Of a stretch of DNA of 64,000 bases, positions 7,878-17,646 are shown one piece after another (within the stretch, counting starts at the first letter, position 1; each line of letters opens with the position of its first letter). Both the position numbers and the translations under genes were made by a program. The notes beneath the pieces were generated by a model. The model saw nothing but the letters and a program-made list of their open reading frames with translations, did not search any database and was not told the origin of the DNA. This DNA comes from an uncultured delta proteobacterium (GTDB lineage: Bacteria; Desulfobacterota; Desulfobacteria; Desulfobacterales; B30-G6). The stretch spans positions 68,382 through 132,381 of the forward strand of contig CAWGLD010000004.1 of the NCBI GenBank assembly GCA_963823335.1, given 5' to 3'.

Positions 7878-9951
7878 ATGAGTCAAGCATTGGACGAACT
7901 GAGAAACATAGCCCTTTTAGCTCATGGCAGTGCCGGTAAAACATCTCTGGCGGAAGCCATACTGTTCAAAGCCGGTATCACCAAGCGTATCGGAAGAGTC
8001 GAAGATGGTAACACCGTTATGGACTTTGAGCCTGAAGAGCTCAAGAGAAATACCAGTATCAGCAGTGGGTTCTGCCAGTATACCTGGAAAAAGCATACCA
8101 TCAACCTCATCGACACACCTGGAGACCAAAACTTTTTCAGTGACACCAAACTCTCTATGCAGGCTGCGGATGCCGTGGTTCTTCTGGTGGATGCCGTCGA
8201 CGGGGTCAAGGTACAAACCGAGCAGGCATGGGATTTTACTGCCGACCTGAATATGCCTTGCATTATTTTCATCAACAAGCTTGACAGGGAACGGGCCGAT
8301 TTTTCCCGCACATTGGAGGATATCTCTAACTGTCTTGACCTGAAGCCGATCACGCTTCACCTGCCCATAGGAAAAGAAGAAACATTCAAAGGTATTGTCG
8401 ATCTTGTCAGCATGAAGTCTTACATCTATGATGAGCAGGGAAACGTCACCAAGGGTGACATCCCAGACGATATGCAGAGCCAGGTCGAGTCCGAAAAAGA
8501 AAAATTGATAGAGGATGTCGCCGAGGCCGATGATGCGCTCATCGAGCGGTACCTGGAGGGGGAAACACTCAGCGATGAAGACATTAAAAACGCCCTGAAA
8601 AAAGGTGTTCTTTCCAGAGTCTTTGTGCCGGTACTGTGTGGCGCTGCCGTAAAAAACATCGGTATCGATACTCTTCATGGACACCATCAACAGCGTCATG
8701 CCATCACCGGAAGATAGTAAACCACGGACGGGCATCGATCCCAAAGATGACAGCAGCATCGAGCGTTCACCTGACCCGGATGAACCCTTTTCGGCTATTG
8801 TCGTTAAAACCATTGCCGACCCATATGCGGGCAGACTATCTATTTTCAAGGTTATCTCGGGCACATTGGGATCAGAAGGAAATATTTACAATTCCTCCAA
8901 AGAAATCAAGGAACGTTTCAACCAGTTACTTACCATTTTCGGCAAAGAACAAAAACCGGCCACTGGGGCAGGCCCCGGTTCCATCGTTGCCGTGGCAAAA
9001 CTGAAAGAGACAACCACAGGAGATACCCTGTGTGATGAAGGCAGTAAAATTCGGTATCAGTGCGCAGAACCACTGCCGACCCTCATTTCTTTTGCACTGC
9101 AACCCAAATCCAAGGGTGACGAAGATAAAATCTTCAGTTCTCTTTCCAAACTCCTCGAAGAGGATCCTGCCTTGAAGCTCGATCGAAACCTGGAAACGCA
9201 TCAGATTCTTCTGTCAGGTGCCGGCCAGGTCCATATCGAAGCCACCGTCGAAAAACTAAAACGAAAATACAATGTCGAAGTGAACTTGAGTACCCCCAAG
9301 GTACCCTACAAGGAGACCGTCAAGAAAAAAGCACGTGCACAAGGCAAACACAAAAAGCAATCCGGCGGGCATGGCCAATACGGCGACTGCTGGATCGACA
9401 TGGAGCCACTGCCCAGTGGGGCTGGTTTTGAATTTGTGGATGGTGTCGTGGGGGGTGTCATACCCAGGCAGTATATTCCTGCGGTGGAAAAAGGAATTAT
9501 CGAAGCGTCCCAAAAAGGGATCCTGGCCGGCTTCCCCTGTGTTGACTTCAAAGTAACCCTGAATGACGGCTCTTTTCATGCTGTTGACTCTTCTGAGATG
9601 GCCTTTAAAATTGCCGGATCACTGGCCTACAAAAAAGCAGCCGAAAGTGCCAATCCCATATTGCTGGAACCGATCATGAAGGTTACCATCACCACCCCCG
9701 ATGAATACATGGGTGATATTATGGGTGATCTGAACGGGCGGCGCGGCAGGGTCCTCGGCATGGACAGTGCCGGTAAATACCAGGTGATCAATGCCAACGT
9801 ACCCATGGCCGAATTCCTCACTTACGCCCCTGACCTGAGGTCCATGACCGGCGGCCGTGGCATTTATACCATGGAATTTTCTCACTATGACGAAGTTCCT
9901 TCACATTTGGTGGATAAAATCATCGAAGCGGTCGCGGCAGAACAAGAATAA
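7878..9951 (+). pseudogene. elongation factor G paralogue with reading frame broken by one extra base near 8676
   Basis: Two ORFs (7878-8717, 8677-9951) together give a colinear EF-G: G1 AHGSAGKTS, DTPGD, NKLD, then ..VLCGAAVKNIGIDTL | MDTINSVMPSPEDS.. continuing in the +1 frame; removing C8676 restores one ~690-aa frame. Confidence 0.8.
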
Positions 9952-9988
9952 CATCGTTTAACGATGCTATCATACGCGACGGTGTCGC
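9950..9988 (-). repeat. bipartite boundary hairpin motif, copy d (degenerate)
   Basis: AACATCG-tttaa-CGATG directly after the TAA stop (9949-9951), then GCGAC-ggt-GTCGC (9976-9988). Confidence 0.5.
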
Positions 9989-10000
9989 TATTGATCAAAA

Positions 10001-10040
10001 AAGGCGCCATGGAAAATACTTCCATGACGCCTTTTTTCTT
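10001..10040 (+). terminator. rho-independent terminator after the EF-G paralogue
   Basis: AGGCGCCATGGA / TCCATGACGCCT stem (one mismatch), 7-nt loop, T6 tract. Confidence 0.7.
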
Positions 10041-10068
10041 TTTGAGCGCTTGACGATACTGTTTGTCA

Positions 10069-10158
10069 GAACAACGTTCCGAATTATCTTTTGTTTCTTC
10101 CTTCCTCCTTCAAACCTATTCAAAATTCGACGTTGGACGTTCGATGTTCGATGTTCAC
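10069..10158 (-). mobile_element. miniature IVS-like element, family A, copy R2 (one arm truncated)
   Basis: Full arm CATTCAAAATTCGACGTTGGACGTTCGATGTTCGATGTTCAC on the plus strand (10117-10158); partner reduced to GAACAACGTTCCGAATT (10069-10085); interior GAAGAAACAAAAG resembles other copies. Confidence 0.6.
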
Positions 10159-10235
10159 TCCTTTGTTGACATAATAATGTCGACACGATCGGACAGGCCA
10201 GGATTCCCTATTCTCCCCCTCTGCCGGTTCAAGAA

Positions 10236-10946
10236 TCAGTCCGCCTGGACGACAAATGGACCTTCCGGAAAGCACTTTTTGCAGGGAGCATATCCTTCCC
10301 AGAAAGCTTCCCAAAGACTGGAAAAGAAAATTCTGTTCGCTCTGTTGGTTTGCAACCCGAATGGACAAGCCTCCCGATGAAATCGTCTGGATCGTTTATT
10401 GGCAAGGAGATTCAGCGCCTGTGCCTCCCATCCACGCCACATACCCTGTTTTCCTTGCATGGCAAGGCGCTGGGATTTTAGAAACAAATCATGATAACGA
10501 TGATTGGGAGGCGTGAACAAACAGTATGCCCATCCTTGCTCAAGCATCACCTTATTGATAAAAATCCTTTCGTGTGTATAGACATAGACAAGCCCTCTGC
10601 CGTAGCGATCCGATTTCTCTTCGCCGTAAGCTATATATACGTCTCGATTCCCCAGGAGTCGTGCATTATTATTTTTTGCTTCGATGCCAAAGGGCTCCAC
10701 GCTCCCGTTTCCGTTGTGTACTTCGGGGGCATTGATTCCAATGTACCGCACAAACTGGTTGTTATCCAAGAGAAGCGTATCCCCGTCCACGACACGCTTT
10801 ACATGGTGCGCATCCATGGCCGGAACTAGCGCCGGCGAAAAAAGAATTATCAGGCATATCAAAAAAGATGAACGTCCAACATCGAACATCGAACGTCCAA
10901 TTATGAATAAAAAAAACAATACCGAATTATTTCTGTTTCTTTTCAT
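10236..10946 (-). CDS. secreted thermonuclease (SNase-like) fused to a C-terminal Ada-type zinc-binding domain
   Basis: SNase core VVDGDTLLL...YIGINAPE...RYGRGLVYVY; C-terminus FHREACPFG..N...F.S...A...GYAPCKKC matches Ada_Zn_binding. The 5' end overlaps repeat R3; start may be ATG 10946 or the ATG inside the repeat arm (MFDVGRSSFLICLIILFSPALVPA signal-like). Confidence 0.75.
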   Translation of the reverse strand: MKRNRNNSVLFFLFIIGRSMFDVGRSSFLICLIILFSPALVPAMDAHHVKRVVDGDTLLLDNNQFVRYIGINAPEVHNGNGSVEPFGIEAKNNNARLLGNRDVYIAYGEEKSDRYGRGLVYVYTHERIFINKVMLEQGWAYCLFTPPNHRYHDLFLKSQRLAMQGKQGMWRGWEAQALNLLANKRSRRFHREACPFGLQTNRANRIFFSSLWEAFWEGYAPCKKCFPEGPFVVQAD

Positions 10947-11096
10947 CGGTTTTGATGCTCGTGCCGAAAATCTCAATTCTTCCGTTTCTTCCTTTCGCAG
11001 TTAAACACATTGAAGAACCTCGCAGCAAGCTACGGGGTTAGCGCTCGCTTTTTCGGTTCAAAATTCGATGTTGGACGTTCGATGTTCGATGTTCAA
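10861..11096 (+). mobile_element. IVS-like element, family A, copy R3 (carries a family C repeat in its interior)
   Basis: Left arm 10861-10905 AAAAAAGATGAACGTCCAACATCGAACATCGAACGTCCAATTATGAAT and right arm 11059-11096 AAAATTCGATGTTGGACGTTCGATGTTCGATGTTCAAA are complementary. Confidence 0.7.
11010..11061 (+). repeat. repeat family C, copy 2
   Basis: TTGAAGAACCTCGCAGCAAGCTACGGGGTTAGCGCTCGCTTTTTCGGTTCAA, aligns with 3660-3713. Confidence 0.7.
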
Positions 11097-11157
11097 ATTT
11101 TTTCTGTATCTTCTTTATTGGACGTAACCCTGCGATGTTTTATTGTTTCGGTTAAAA

Positions 11158-11198
11158 GCAACGGTGTCGCGTCAAATAAAATCGTTTCACGATTTTAT
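11158..11198 (+). repeat. bipartite boundary hairpin motif, copy e
   Basis: GCAAC-ggt-GTCGC GTCAAAT AAAATCG-tttca-CGATTTTAT; the stop (11187-11189) and last codons (..GIKS*) of the minus-strand gene are encoded by the AT hairpin. Confidence 0.75.
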
Positions 11199-12284
11199 TC
11201 CGCAGTGTCTCACCGCACTTTCATCAAGAATACTGGAAAGCCCCCCCCGGTCCGCAGGCAGGTATCCCATGACCTGTTCCCAGACATCGTCGTCTTCCAT
11301 ACAGAAATAGACTGTCAAATCTGGAGCAAATTTACGAATAACTGAAACCATGTGCTGGTATATTCGGATCCGAAGGGGCTTGAAATATCGCATTTTGCCG
11401 TCCAGACCTGGAATGAATTCTCCGTAAACAATCGTTGACCCAGGAAAACGCTGCTGGATGATCGGCTTCAGCTGCGGCATGAAACGGAAAGTGCCGATAC
11501 TTATCCAGACAATATTCTGTGGGGCTACATGGGCAAATATCTGTTTGATGATCTCTTCGTAATCGTTTTCACAGCCATCATATATGACCACCGGGTCGAA
11601 GTGAAATGCAATTGGATAGCCCCAGGATTCGCACGTTTGGGCAGCCCGGAGTCGAGATTCTATGCTTGCTGTACCCCGCTCCTCGGTTTTCGAAACGGCA
11701 AGGGAATTGATTGACCAGGAAAGAATTGTCTTTCGATGGTGGACCAATGATGCGAACGGTGCGATGGACACGGTCTTGGTTTTCAATTCGAGCACCGATC
11801 GTGATTGCGATGCAAACCGTTGCACTAGTCGGGTGTTTAAATCAGACCATTTCCCCCAGATGAGGCTGTCGGTAAATTCCCCCGTACCGATCCGGGATCC
11901 TTCTTCAAGGGACAAATGATGGTCCAGCTCAGCAAACAGATCGTCATGATTCACAAAAAACTGGCATATGGGTGGATGAAAATAGGTCTGCAGGATGCAG
12001 TATGCACAATCCATGGTGCAGAAGGTACCGATGTGAAGAATCTTGTATCCGCAGCAGGTATAGGATCGTGTTCCCGGGCATTCTTTAATGAACCTGCCCT
12101 TGTTGCGGGTCAACAAAAGGACCTCCTTACCGCTTTGGATCGGATCTTTTGCGCCGGAAAGCTGCTCAAAAAGTGCCTGGGTTTCATCTACCACACTGAA
12201 AGGGATATGGAGACGCGACACAATCTGCTTCACGACCGGTAAATCGAGGACATCTTTATGAACCAGTAGCTTTGAAATGGTCAT
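11187..12284 (-). CDS. spore-photoproduct-lyase-family radical SAM protein (DNA repair photolyase-like)
   Basis: CTMDCAYC radical-SAM CxxxCxxC cluster in an SPL/COG1533-like context; 365 aa. Confidence 0.6.
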   Translation of the reverse strand: MTISKLLVHKDVLDLPVVKQIVSRLHIPFSVVDETQALFEQLSGAKDPIQSGKEVLLLTRNKGRFIKECPGTRSYTCCGYKILHIGTFCTMDCAYCILQTYFHPPICQFFVNHDDLFAELDHHLSLEEGSRIGTGEFTDSLIWGKWSDLNTRLVQRFASQSRSVLELKTKTVSIAPFASLVHHRKTILSWSINSLAVSKTEERGTASIESRLRAAQTCESWGYPIAFHFDPVVIYDGCENDYEEIIKQIFAHVAPQNIVWISIGTFRFMPQLKPIIQQRFPGSTIVYGEFIPGLDGKMRYFKPLRIRIYQHMVSVIRKFAPDLTVYFCMEDDDVWEQVMGYLPADRGGLSSILDESAVRHCGIKS

Positions 12285-12349
12285 TTTGTGTACATGCTTT
12301 CAGGTTTTTCTTGACACAACTCAGAAGGATCTCTTAACATAATCGGGTC

Positions 12350-12574
12350 ATGGCACAGAATAATAATAAAAACAAACGATTGATCAGTCTGTTCTTTCTG
12401 GGGCTTCTCATGTTGAACTATCCGGTACTGTCCTTGTTCAACGTAAACACACCTGTCCTGGGAATCCCCCTGCTCTGCCTGTATCTTTTTTCAGTCTGGA
12501 TTGCCCTGATCCTTCTCATCAGTATCATCACACGTCGACCAAGAGGAACCCTGCAACAACCAGACAAGAACTGA
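12350..12574 (+). CDS. small two-TM membrane protein (possible DUF3311-type partner of SSS domains)
   Basis: 74 aa, two hydrophobic helices, directly upstream of the SSS-domain kinase. Confidence 0.45.
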   Translation: MAQNNNKNKRLISLFFLGLLMLNYPVLSLFNVNTPVLGIPLLCLYLFSVWIALILLISIITRRPRGTLQQPDKN

Positions 12575-12684
12575 GTGCGTTTCGCCCACGCTTTTTATAA
12601 TCATGAACAATTGGAATGCCGCAATACCGCGTACACGCTATTCCATCAGTTTGAGAAATACAACAGTAGACTTTACAAGACATT

Positions 12685-15399
12685 ATGTTAACAACAAAAA
12701 CCATTCTATTCTTTTCCTTTGCCTATATCGGCCTGCTTTTTGCCATCGCGTATTACGGTGACAAAAAGGCTGACGCCGGTAAAAGTATTATCAGCAATCC
12801 ATATATCTATGCACTTTCTATGGCGGTCTACTGCACGGCCTGGACCTTCTATGGCAGCGTGGGTCGCGCCGTGGCTTCCGGGCCTAATTTTCTCACCATT
12901 TATCTTGGACCAACGCTGATGATTGCCTTGAGCTGGTTTGTTCTGCGAAAAATAATCCGCATCAGCAAGACCTATCACATCACTTCCATTGCCGACTTTA
13001 TTGCCTCCCGATACGGGAAGAGCACGACATTGGGAGGATTGGTTTCAGTGATCGCCGTCATCGGAATTGTCCCCTACATATCCATTCAACTCAAAGCAAT
13101 ATCAAAAAGTTTTTTGATTCTGACAAGCCAGCCTACCAGCGTGGCTAAAATACCGGTGTTTTCGGATACCGCTTTCTACGTGGCTGTAATCCTGGCCGTG
13201 TTTTCAATCCTCTTTGGCACGCGTCATCTGGATGCTACTGAAAGACACGAGGGGCTTGTGGCAGCCATTGCATTTGAATCCGTCATGAAACTGGCGGCGT
13301 TTATTGCCGTTGGAATTTTTGTGACCTTCGGTCTTTTTGAGGGTTTTGGCGATCTGTTACAACAGGCCAGAGCCCTCCCGATGGCGGAAAACCTTTTCGG
13401 AATCAGCAAGGAGCCTGGCGCTTATGCCAATTGGGGATTTCAGATATTCGTATCCATGATGGCCATTCTGTTCCTGCCCCGCCAGTTTCAAGTGGCCGTA
13501 GTGGAAAATGTCAACGAAGAACACCTGAACAAGGCCATGTGGCTATTCCCCCTCTATCTGATGGCCATCAATTTTTTTGTCCTACCAGTGGCTGTCGGCG
13601 GTCTTCTCCATTTTCCGGGGGATCATATCGATCCCGACACCTATGTTCTGCTCCTGCCCATGTCACAGGAACACCCCGTTTTAACCTTGCTAGTATTTCT
13701 GGGTGGCATGTCCGCAGCAACCGGTATGGTTATTGTGGAAACCATCGCCCTTTCAACCATGATCTGCAACGAATTGGTCATGCCTATTCTGCTGCGTTTT
13801 CAGCCGTTGAGGTTGACTGAAAGACGTGATTTGAGCAGTCTTCTGCTGGGTATTCGAAGAAGCAGTATCGCCATGGTGCTTCTCCTGGGCTATATCTACG
13901 TTCGTCTGACAGGTGAGTTTTATCCACTTGTATCCATCGGTCTTTTATCATTTGTGGCCGTTACCCAGTTTGCACCAAGCATATTGGGGGGTATTTTTTG
14001 GAAAGGAGCAAACCGATCCGGTGCCCTGTGGGGTTTAACCGTCGGCTTTGTGGTCTGGATATATACCCTTTTTCTGCCTTATCTGGTCCACGGCGGTATC
14101 CTGCCGGCAAGCTTCATCTCCAACGGGCCTTTTGGTATTGAATGGCTCAGGCCTTACCAGTTATTCGGACTGCAGGGGCTCAGTGAAAAATCACATTCTG
14201 TTTTCTGGAGTATGTTTTTCAATATCGGTCTCTACGTAGGCATCTCTGTCTTTAAACAGCCCACGGCACTGGAACACACACAGGCAACGCTGTTTGTGGA
14301 CATATTCAAACACTCCGATGAAAAGGATGGAACACTCATGTGGCGGGGAAAAGCATCCCTGCCAGACCTGAGATCCATTCTAAGCCGCTTCCTTGGGGAA
14401 GAAAAAAGCAACGAAGCCCTATCCTCTTACGCCAGAAGCAACCGGATTAATTGGGATAAGGATATCATCGAAGATGCCGGTTTAATTTCCCATATCGAAA
14501 AACTGCTGGCCGGCGCCATAGGCTCTGCTTCCGCGCGTGTGATGATGGACACAGCCTTCAAGGAGGAACCCCCCAGCATCGATGAAGTCATGGAAATGCT
14601 GGATGAAACCCGCCATGCCATCGCCCACAGTCATGAACTGGAAAAAGCCACCACTGAGTTGAAACGGGCCAATGAACGTCTCACCGAGTTGGACAAATTA
14701 AAGGACGATTTTATTTCCACGGTCACACATGAACTCAAAACACCGCTTACATCTGTTCATTCTCTTACAGAAATTCTTCATGACAATCCTGCTTTAGATC
14801 TGGATCAGCGCAACAAATTCTTAAGCATTATTGTCAAGGAGACGGAACGATTATCACGGTTGATAAACCAGGTACTGAATTTCCAAAAAATTGAAGCCGG
14901 TCTTTCTGATTGGGAGTTTGCAGATATCGATATCAATCAGATTATTTTAGATTCGCTGACGGCTTCAGCTCAATTGCTGAGAGACAAGGGTATTCATCTG
15001 GAAAAGAATCTGGTGCATCCGATAAATGTAGTGCGGGGAGATCGTGATCAGCTCATGCAGGTTATGATGAACCTGATTTCCAACGCCATTAAATTCTGTG
15101 ATCAACAGCGTGGAAAAATCAACATAAGGCTCACCACGGAAATGGATTTTTTGAGGGTTGATATTGCCGATAACGGCACGGGTATCCACAAAAAAGACCA
15201 GGAAATAATCTTTGATAAATTCCGCCAGGCAAAAACCGATTCCAAGGGCAGGCCTGCCGGTACGGGTTTGGGTTTGACCATCACCAAGCAGATCATTGAA
15301 TTTCACCACGGCCGTATCTGGGTGGAAAGTGAGCCCGGGAAAGGCACTGTATTTTCATTTACCCTGCCGATATCGCAAGATTTAAAAGAACAGCATTAA
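12685..15399 (+). CDS. sensor histidine kinase with N-terminal sodium:solute symporter (SLC5/SSS) domain (CbrA/CrbS-type architecture)
   Basis: ~550-aa multi-TM SSS-like domain, then H-box FISTVTHELKTPLTSV and the N, G1 and G2 boxes (NLISNAIKF, DNGTGI, GTGLGLTI). Confidence 0.85.
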   Translation: MLTTKTILFFSFAYIGLLFAIAYYGDKKADAGKSIISNPYIYALSMAVYCTAWTFYGSVGRAVASGPNFLTIYLGPTLMIALSWFVLRKIIRISKTYHITSIADFIASRYGKSTTLGGLVSVIAVIGIVPYISIQLKAISKSFLILTSQPTSVAKIPVFSDTAFYVAVILAVFSILFGTRHLDATERHEGLVAAIAFESVMKLAAFIAVGIFVTFGLFEGFGDLLQQARALPMAENLFGISKEPGAYANWGFQIFVSMMAILFLPRQFQVAVVENVNEEHLNKAMWLFPLYLMAINFFVLPVAVGGLLHFPGDHIDPDTYVLLLPMSQEHPVLTLLVFLGGMSAATGMVIVETIALSTMICNELVMPILLRFQPLRLTERRDLSSLLLGIRRSSIAMVLLLGYIYVRLTGEFYPLVSIGLLSFVAVTQFAPSILGGIFWKGANRSGALWGLTVGFVVWIYTLFLPYLVHGGILPASFISNGPFGIEWLRPYQLFGLQGLSEKSHSVFWSMFFNIGLYVGISVFKQPTALEHTQATLFVDIFKHSDEKDGTLMWRGKASLPDLRSILSRFLGEEKSNEALSSYARSNRINWDKDIIEDAGLISHIEKLLAGAIGSASARVMMDTAFKEEPPSIDEVMEMLDETRHAIAHSHELEKATTELKRANERLTELDKLKDDFISTVTHELKTPLTSVHSLTEILHDNPALDLDQRNKFLSIIVKETERLSRLINQVLNFQKIEAGLSDWEFADIDINQIILDSLTASAQLLRDKGIHLEKNLVHPINVVRGDRDQLMQVMMNLISNAIKFCDQQRGKINIRLTTEMDFLRVDIADNGTGIHKKDQEIIFDKFRQAKTDSKGRPAGTGLGLTITKQIIEFHHGRIWVESEPGKGTVFSFTLPISQDLKEQH

Positions 15400-15447
15400 G
15401 CAATAAGCGGATAGCAGCTAAGTACTTATAGCTTACAGCTTGGATTC

Positions 15448-17646
15448 CTAAAATTTCAATCTGGCATAATAGGTCTTTTCCGAGGCTTTCCTGGCCTCAC
15501 CCAATGTCCGAATCCCCATATCCGCTAGCAGCGAGACAAGTTTGAGGAAAATATTAGCCGTCATAAGGGCATCCCCCATGGCGGTGTGGCGACCGGCCAC
15601 GTTGACGCCCAATCGGCCGGCAATGGCGGACAAGGCATGATCATCATGAGCGGAGTGGGCCACTGCTGATAGTAACAGCGTATCCAAAACAGGTTGGATA
15701 AATTTTACACCCGTTCGGTTCTCACACATCTGGAGCATGCGCATATCAAAGGCTGCATTATGAGCGACCAATATGGTCTCCTCCGAAAATTTTAAAAAAT
15801 TCGGCAGAACCACATCGATGGTGGGTTGGTTTTTCACCATATCGTTGTCGATCCCATGAATATGGGTCGAAGATGCTGGTATACTTCGTTGGGGATTAAT
15901 CAATTGATTGAATGGTTCTTCAGTTAGAATGCGTCCGTTAATAATTCGGAGTGCGCCGATGGATATTATTTCGTCACCGCTGGAAGGATCCAGACCAGTG
16001 GTTTCTGTATCAAAAACAGTATAGGCAAGCTCGTTTAACAAGTGCGAATCCAAGTTGGGGCTTTGACCGGGTTGATTGAATAAATCAAAGGCATAGAATT
16101 CGGGCCGACTTTCGGGTAGTACCGAGGCACGACGTATGGCTTTCTGTTCCTGGGGTCTAAATAGGGGTACATGCATGCGCAGGAAAGAACGCTTTTCACC
16201 ATGATGCTCACGATAGGCCCATATTTCAATTCCATGATGTTCTAAAATCTCCTTGGGATGCAAGGGCATACGCTCATCTAAAAAAGCAAGCTGCATGTTT
16301 TCCCACTGTCGTATTTTCTCAATACTTATGGGTTTACCTGCCCACATAATATCCACAAAAGCGAATTCGTTCTCAAGTGAGTATTCACACCGATAGTGTG
16401 TGACTTCGGCCTCTTCACTAATCCGTTGTAGAAAAAACAAAAGGACCATCATAATAGCATAGGTATCTACCTTAATCCACGACTCCGCCGAATCAAATTT
16501 AAAGCTTAAATCAATATCCAGCTTTGCGGCTGCCCTTTTTTGCAGCGCCACCAGCAGTTCACTGATGGTGATCGGCATTGTGGGCCAGTGTTTGTGCGTC
16601 TGTTTGAATGTTTGGTTACCCTCCCGCTGAATTAACTTCTCCAGTGATTGAGACTCCGTATAAATGATCTCCAGCAACTGTTGCTGTTGTGAACTGCTTA
16701 CATTGGGGTATTCACGTATTACCTCAATAGCTGATTTGACGCTGGCAACAGAGTGCCGGACTTCTTGCTGAAAAGATTGCAACAAAAATCCAGATCGAGC
16801 TTCACCTCGTAATTCCTGGGTAATTTCATTGAAGATGATAACAAAACCGGAGAACTCACGTTGGGAGCTCAATATGGGCGATGCCTCCGCTCGCAGCAAC
16901 CGATTGGCCAAATCAGTGATTACAAAATTGGAACTTACATTTTCCTCATTTTTTTCAAGTCGCTGATGGATTTCCTCCAGGGCATACTGAAGAATGTTCC
17001 CCTCAACAAAATCTGAGACAGGCCGGCCGATGCCAATGTGAACTTTACCGGACGTTGTCGCTTCTACTGAATCGGTTTTACCTGTTGAGGCGGAGGGGCG
17101 CCCGATGGTAGCCTTTTCACTGAAAAACCGTTTGGCCTGGGAATTGTAAAGAATGATTCGACTATCCTTGTTGCAAATCAATACCGCGTCCGGCAGTTCT
17201 GCCATGATGGCAGCTAAAATGTTCTTTTCCTCCTCCAACTCTGCCTTGGCCACCTGGACGCGCTTAAAAACGCTCTTCTCAAGGGTTTCATATTTTTCTG
17301 CGGCTGAATTAACCTGTTGAATAAGATGCCCCATTCCAAAAGCAGTGTCCATCTGAATGCGATGATGTGGATTGGCGGTGTAAATCAGTGCGATTTCTTC
17401 AGATACTTTGGACAGCGGGATAACCAGTTTTAAGAATATGCGTGCCAGAAAAAATCCAAGCAACGCGATTACAGCCAGGCAAAAAACCAAGACCACGGGG
17501 ATATAGGCACAAATACCCTCCTGGTTGGCGAAATTACTATGATTTGCGGATTGATGCCAGAAAAGCATCATCAATGCAAGTCCCAGCAAGGCTGCTACAC
17601 TGAGGGACATGCACAGGGCCCACCAGATTTTGTTTTTATTTTTCAT
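15448..17646 (-). CDS. membrane sensor (2 TM, linker, PAS-like region) fused to a C-terminal DnaQ/epsilon-type DEDDh 3'-5' exonuclease
   Basis: ExoI FDTETTGLD, ExoII AHNAAFDMRML, ExoIII HTAMGDALMTANIF in the last ~190 aa; two N-terminal hydrophobic helices; the central region weakly resembles DHp/CA of histidine kinases. Confidence 0.8.
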   Translation of the reverse strand: MKNKNKIWWALCMSLSVAALLGLALMMLFWHQSANHSNFANQEGICAYIPVVLVFCLAVIALLGFFLARIFLKLVIPLSKVSEEIALIYTANPHHRIQMDTAFGMGHLIQQVNSAAEKYETLEKSVFKRVQVAKAELEEEKNILAAIMAELPDAVLICNKDSRIILYNSQAKRFFSEKATIGRPSASTGKTDSVEATTSGKVHIGIGRPVSDFVEGNILQYALEEIHQRLEKNEENVSSNFVITDLANRLLRAEASPILSSQREFSGFVIIFNEITQELRGEARSGFLLQSFQQEVRHSVASVKSAIEVIREYPNVSSSQQQQLLEIIYTESQSLEKLIQREGNQTFKQTHKHWPTMPITISELLVALQKRAAAKLDIDLSFKFDSAESWIKVDTYAIMMVLLFFLQRISEEAEVTHYRCEYSLENEFAFVDIMWAGKPISIEKIRQWENMQLAFLDERMPLHPKEILEHHGIEIWAYREHHGEKRSFLRMHVPLFRPQEQKAIRRASVLPESRPEFYAFDLFNQPGQSPNLDSHLLNELAYTVFDTETTGLDPSSGDEIISIGALRIINGRILTEEPFNQLINPQRSIPASSTHIHGIDNDMVKNQPTIDVVLPNFLKFSEETILVAHNAAFDMRMLQMCENRTGVKFIQPVLDTLLLSAVAHSAHDDHALSAIAGRLGVNVAGRHTAMGDALMTANIFLKLVSLLADMGIRTLGEARKASEKTYYARLKF

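Noticed and set aside
8670-8680. Programmed +1 ribosomal frameshift at CTT-C-ATG in the EF-G paralogue
   Set aside because: The slippery-type CUU-C is present, but there is no 0-frame stop or hungry codon and no upstream SD-like stimulator, unlike prfB. A sequencing error or a recent mutation is more likely. It is kept as a finding to verify.
7917-8864. 315-aa minus-strand ORF
   Set aside because: It is antisense to the EF-G paralogue, has no motifs and no RBS. It is a shadow ORF.
10063-10380. ORFs that begin in or read through family A repeat arms (..FDVGRSMFDV..), also 11010-11345, 48529-48723, 57973-58170, 58233-58457 and 61530-61847
   Set aside because: The shared peptide is just one open frame of the heptamer repeat. 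The flanking parts are not conserved between copies and lack RBSs.
15400-15447. AGCAGCT AAGTACT TATAGCT TACAGCT heptamer-like tract between the convergent kinase and exonuclease genes
   Set aside because: It is periodic, but no complementary arm or convincing terminator stem could be drawn. I left it unannotated.
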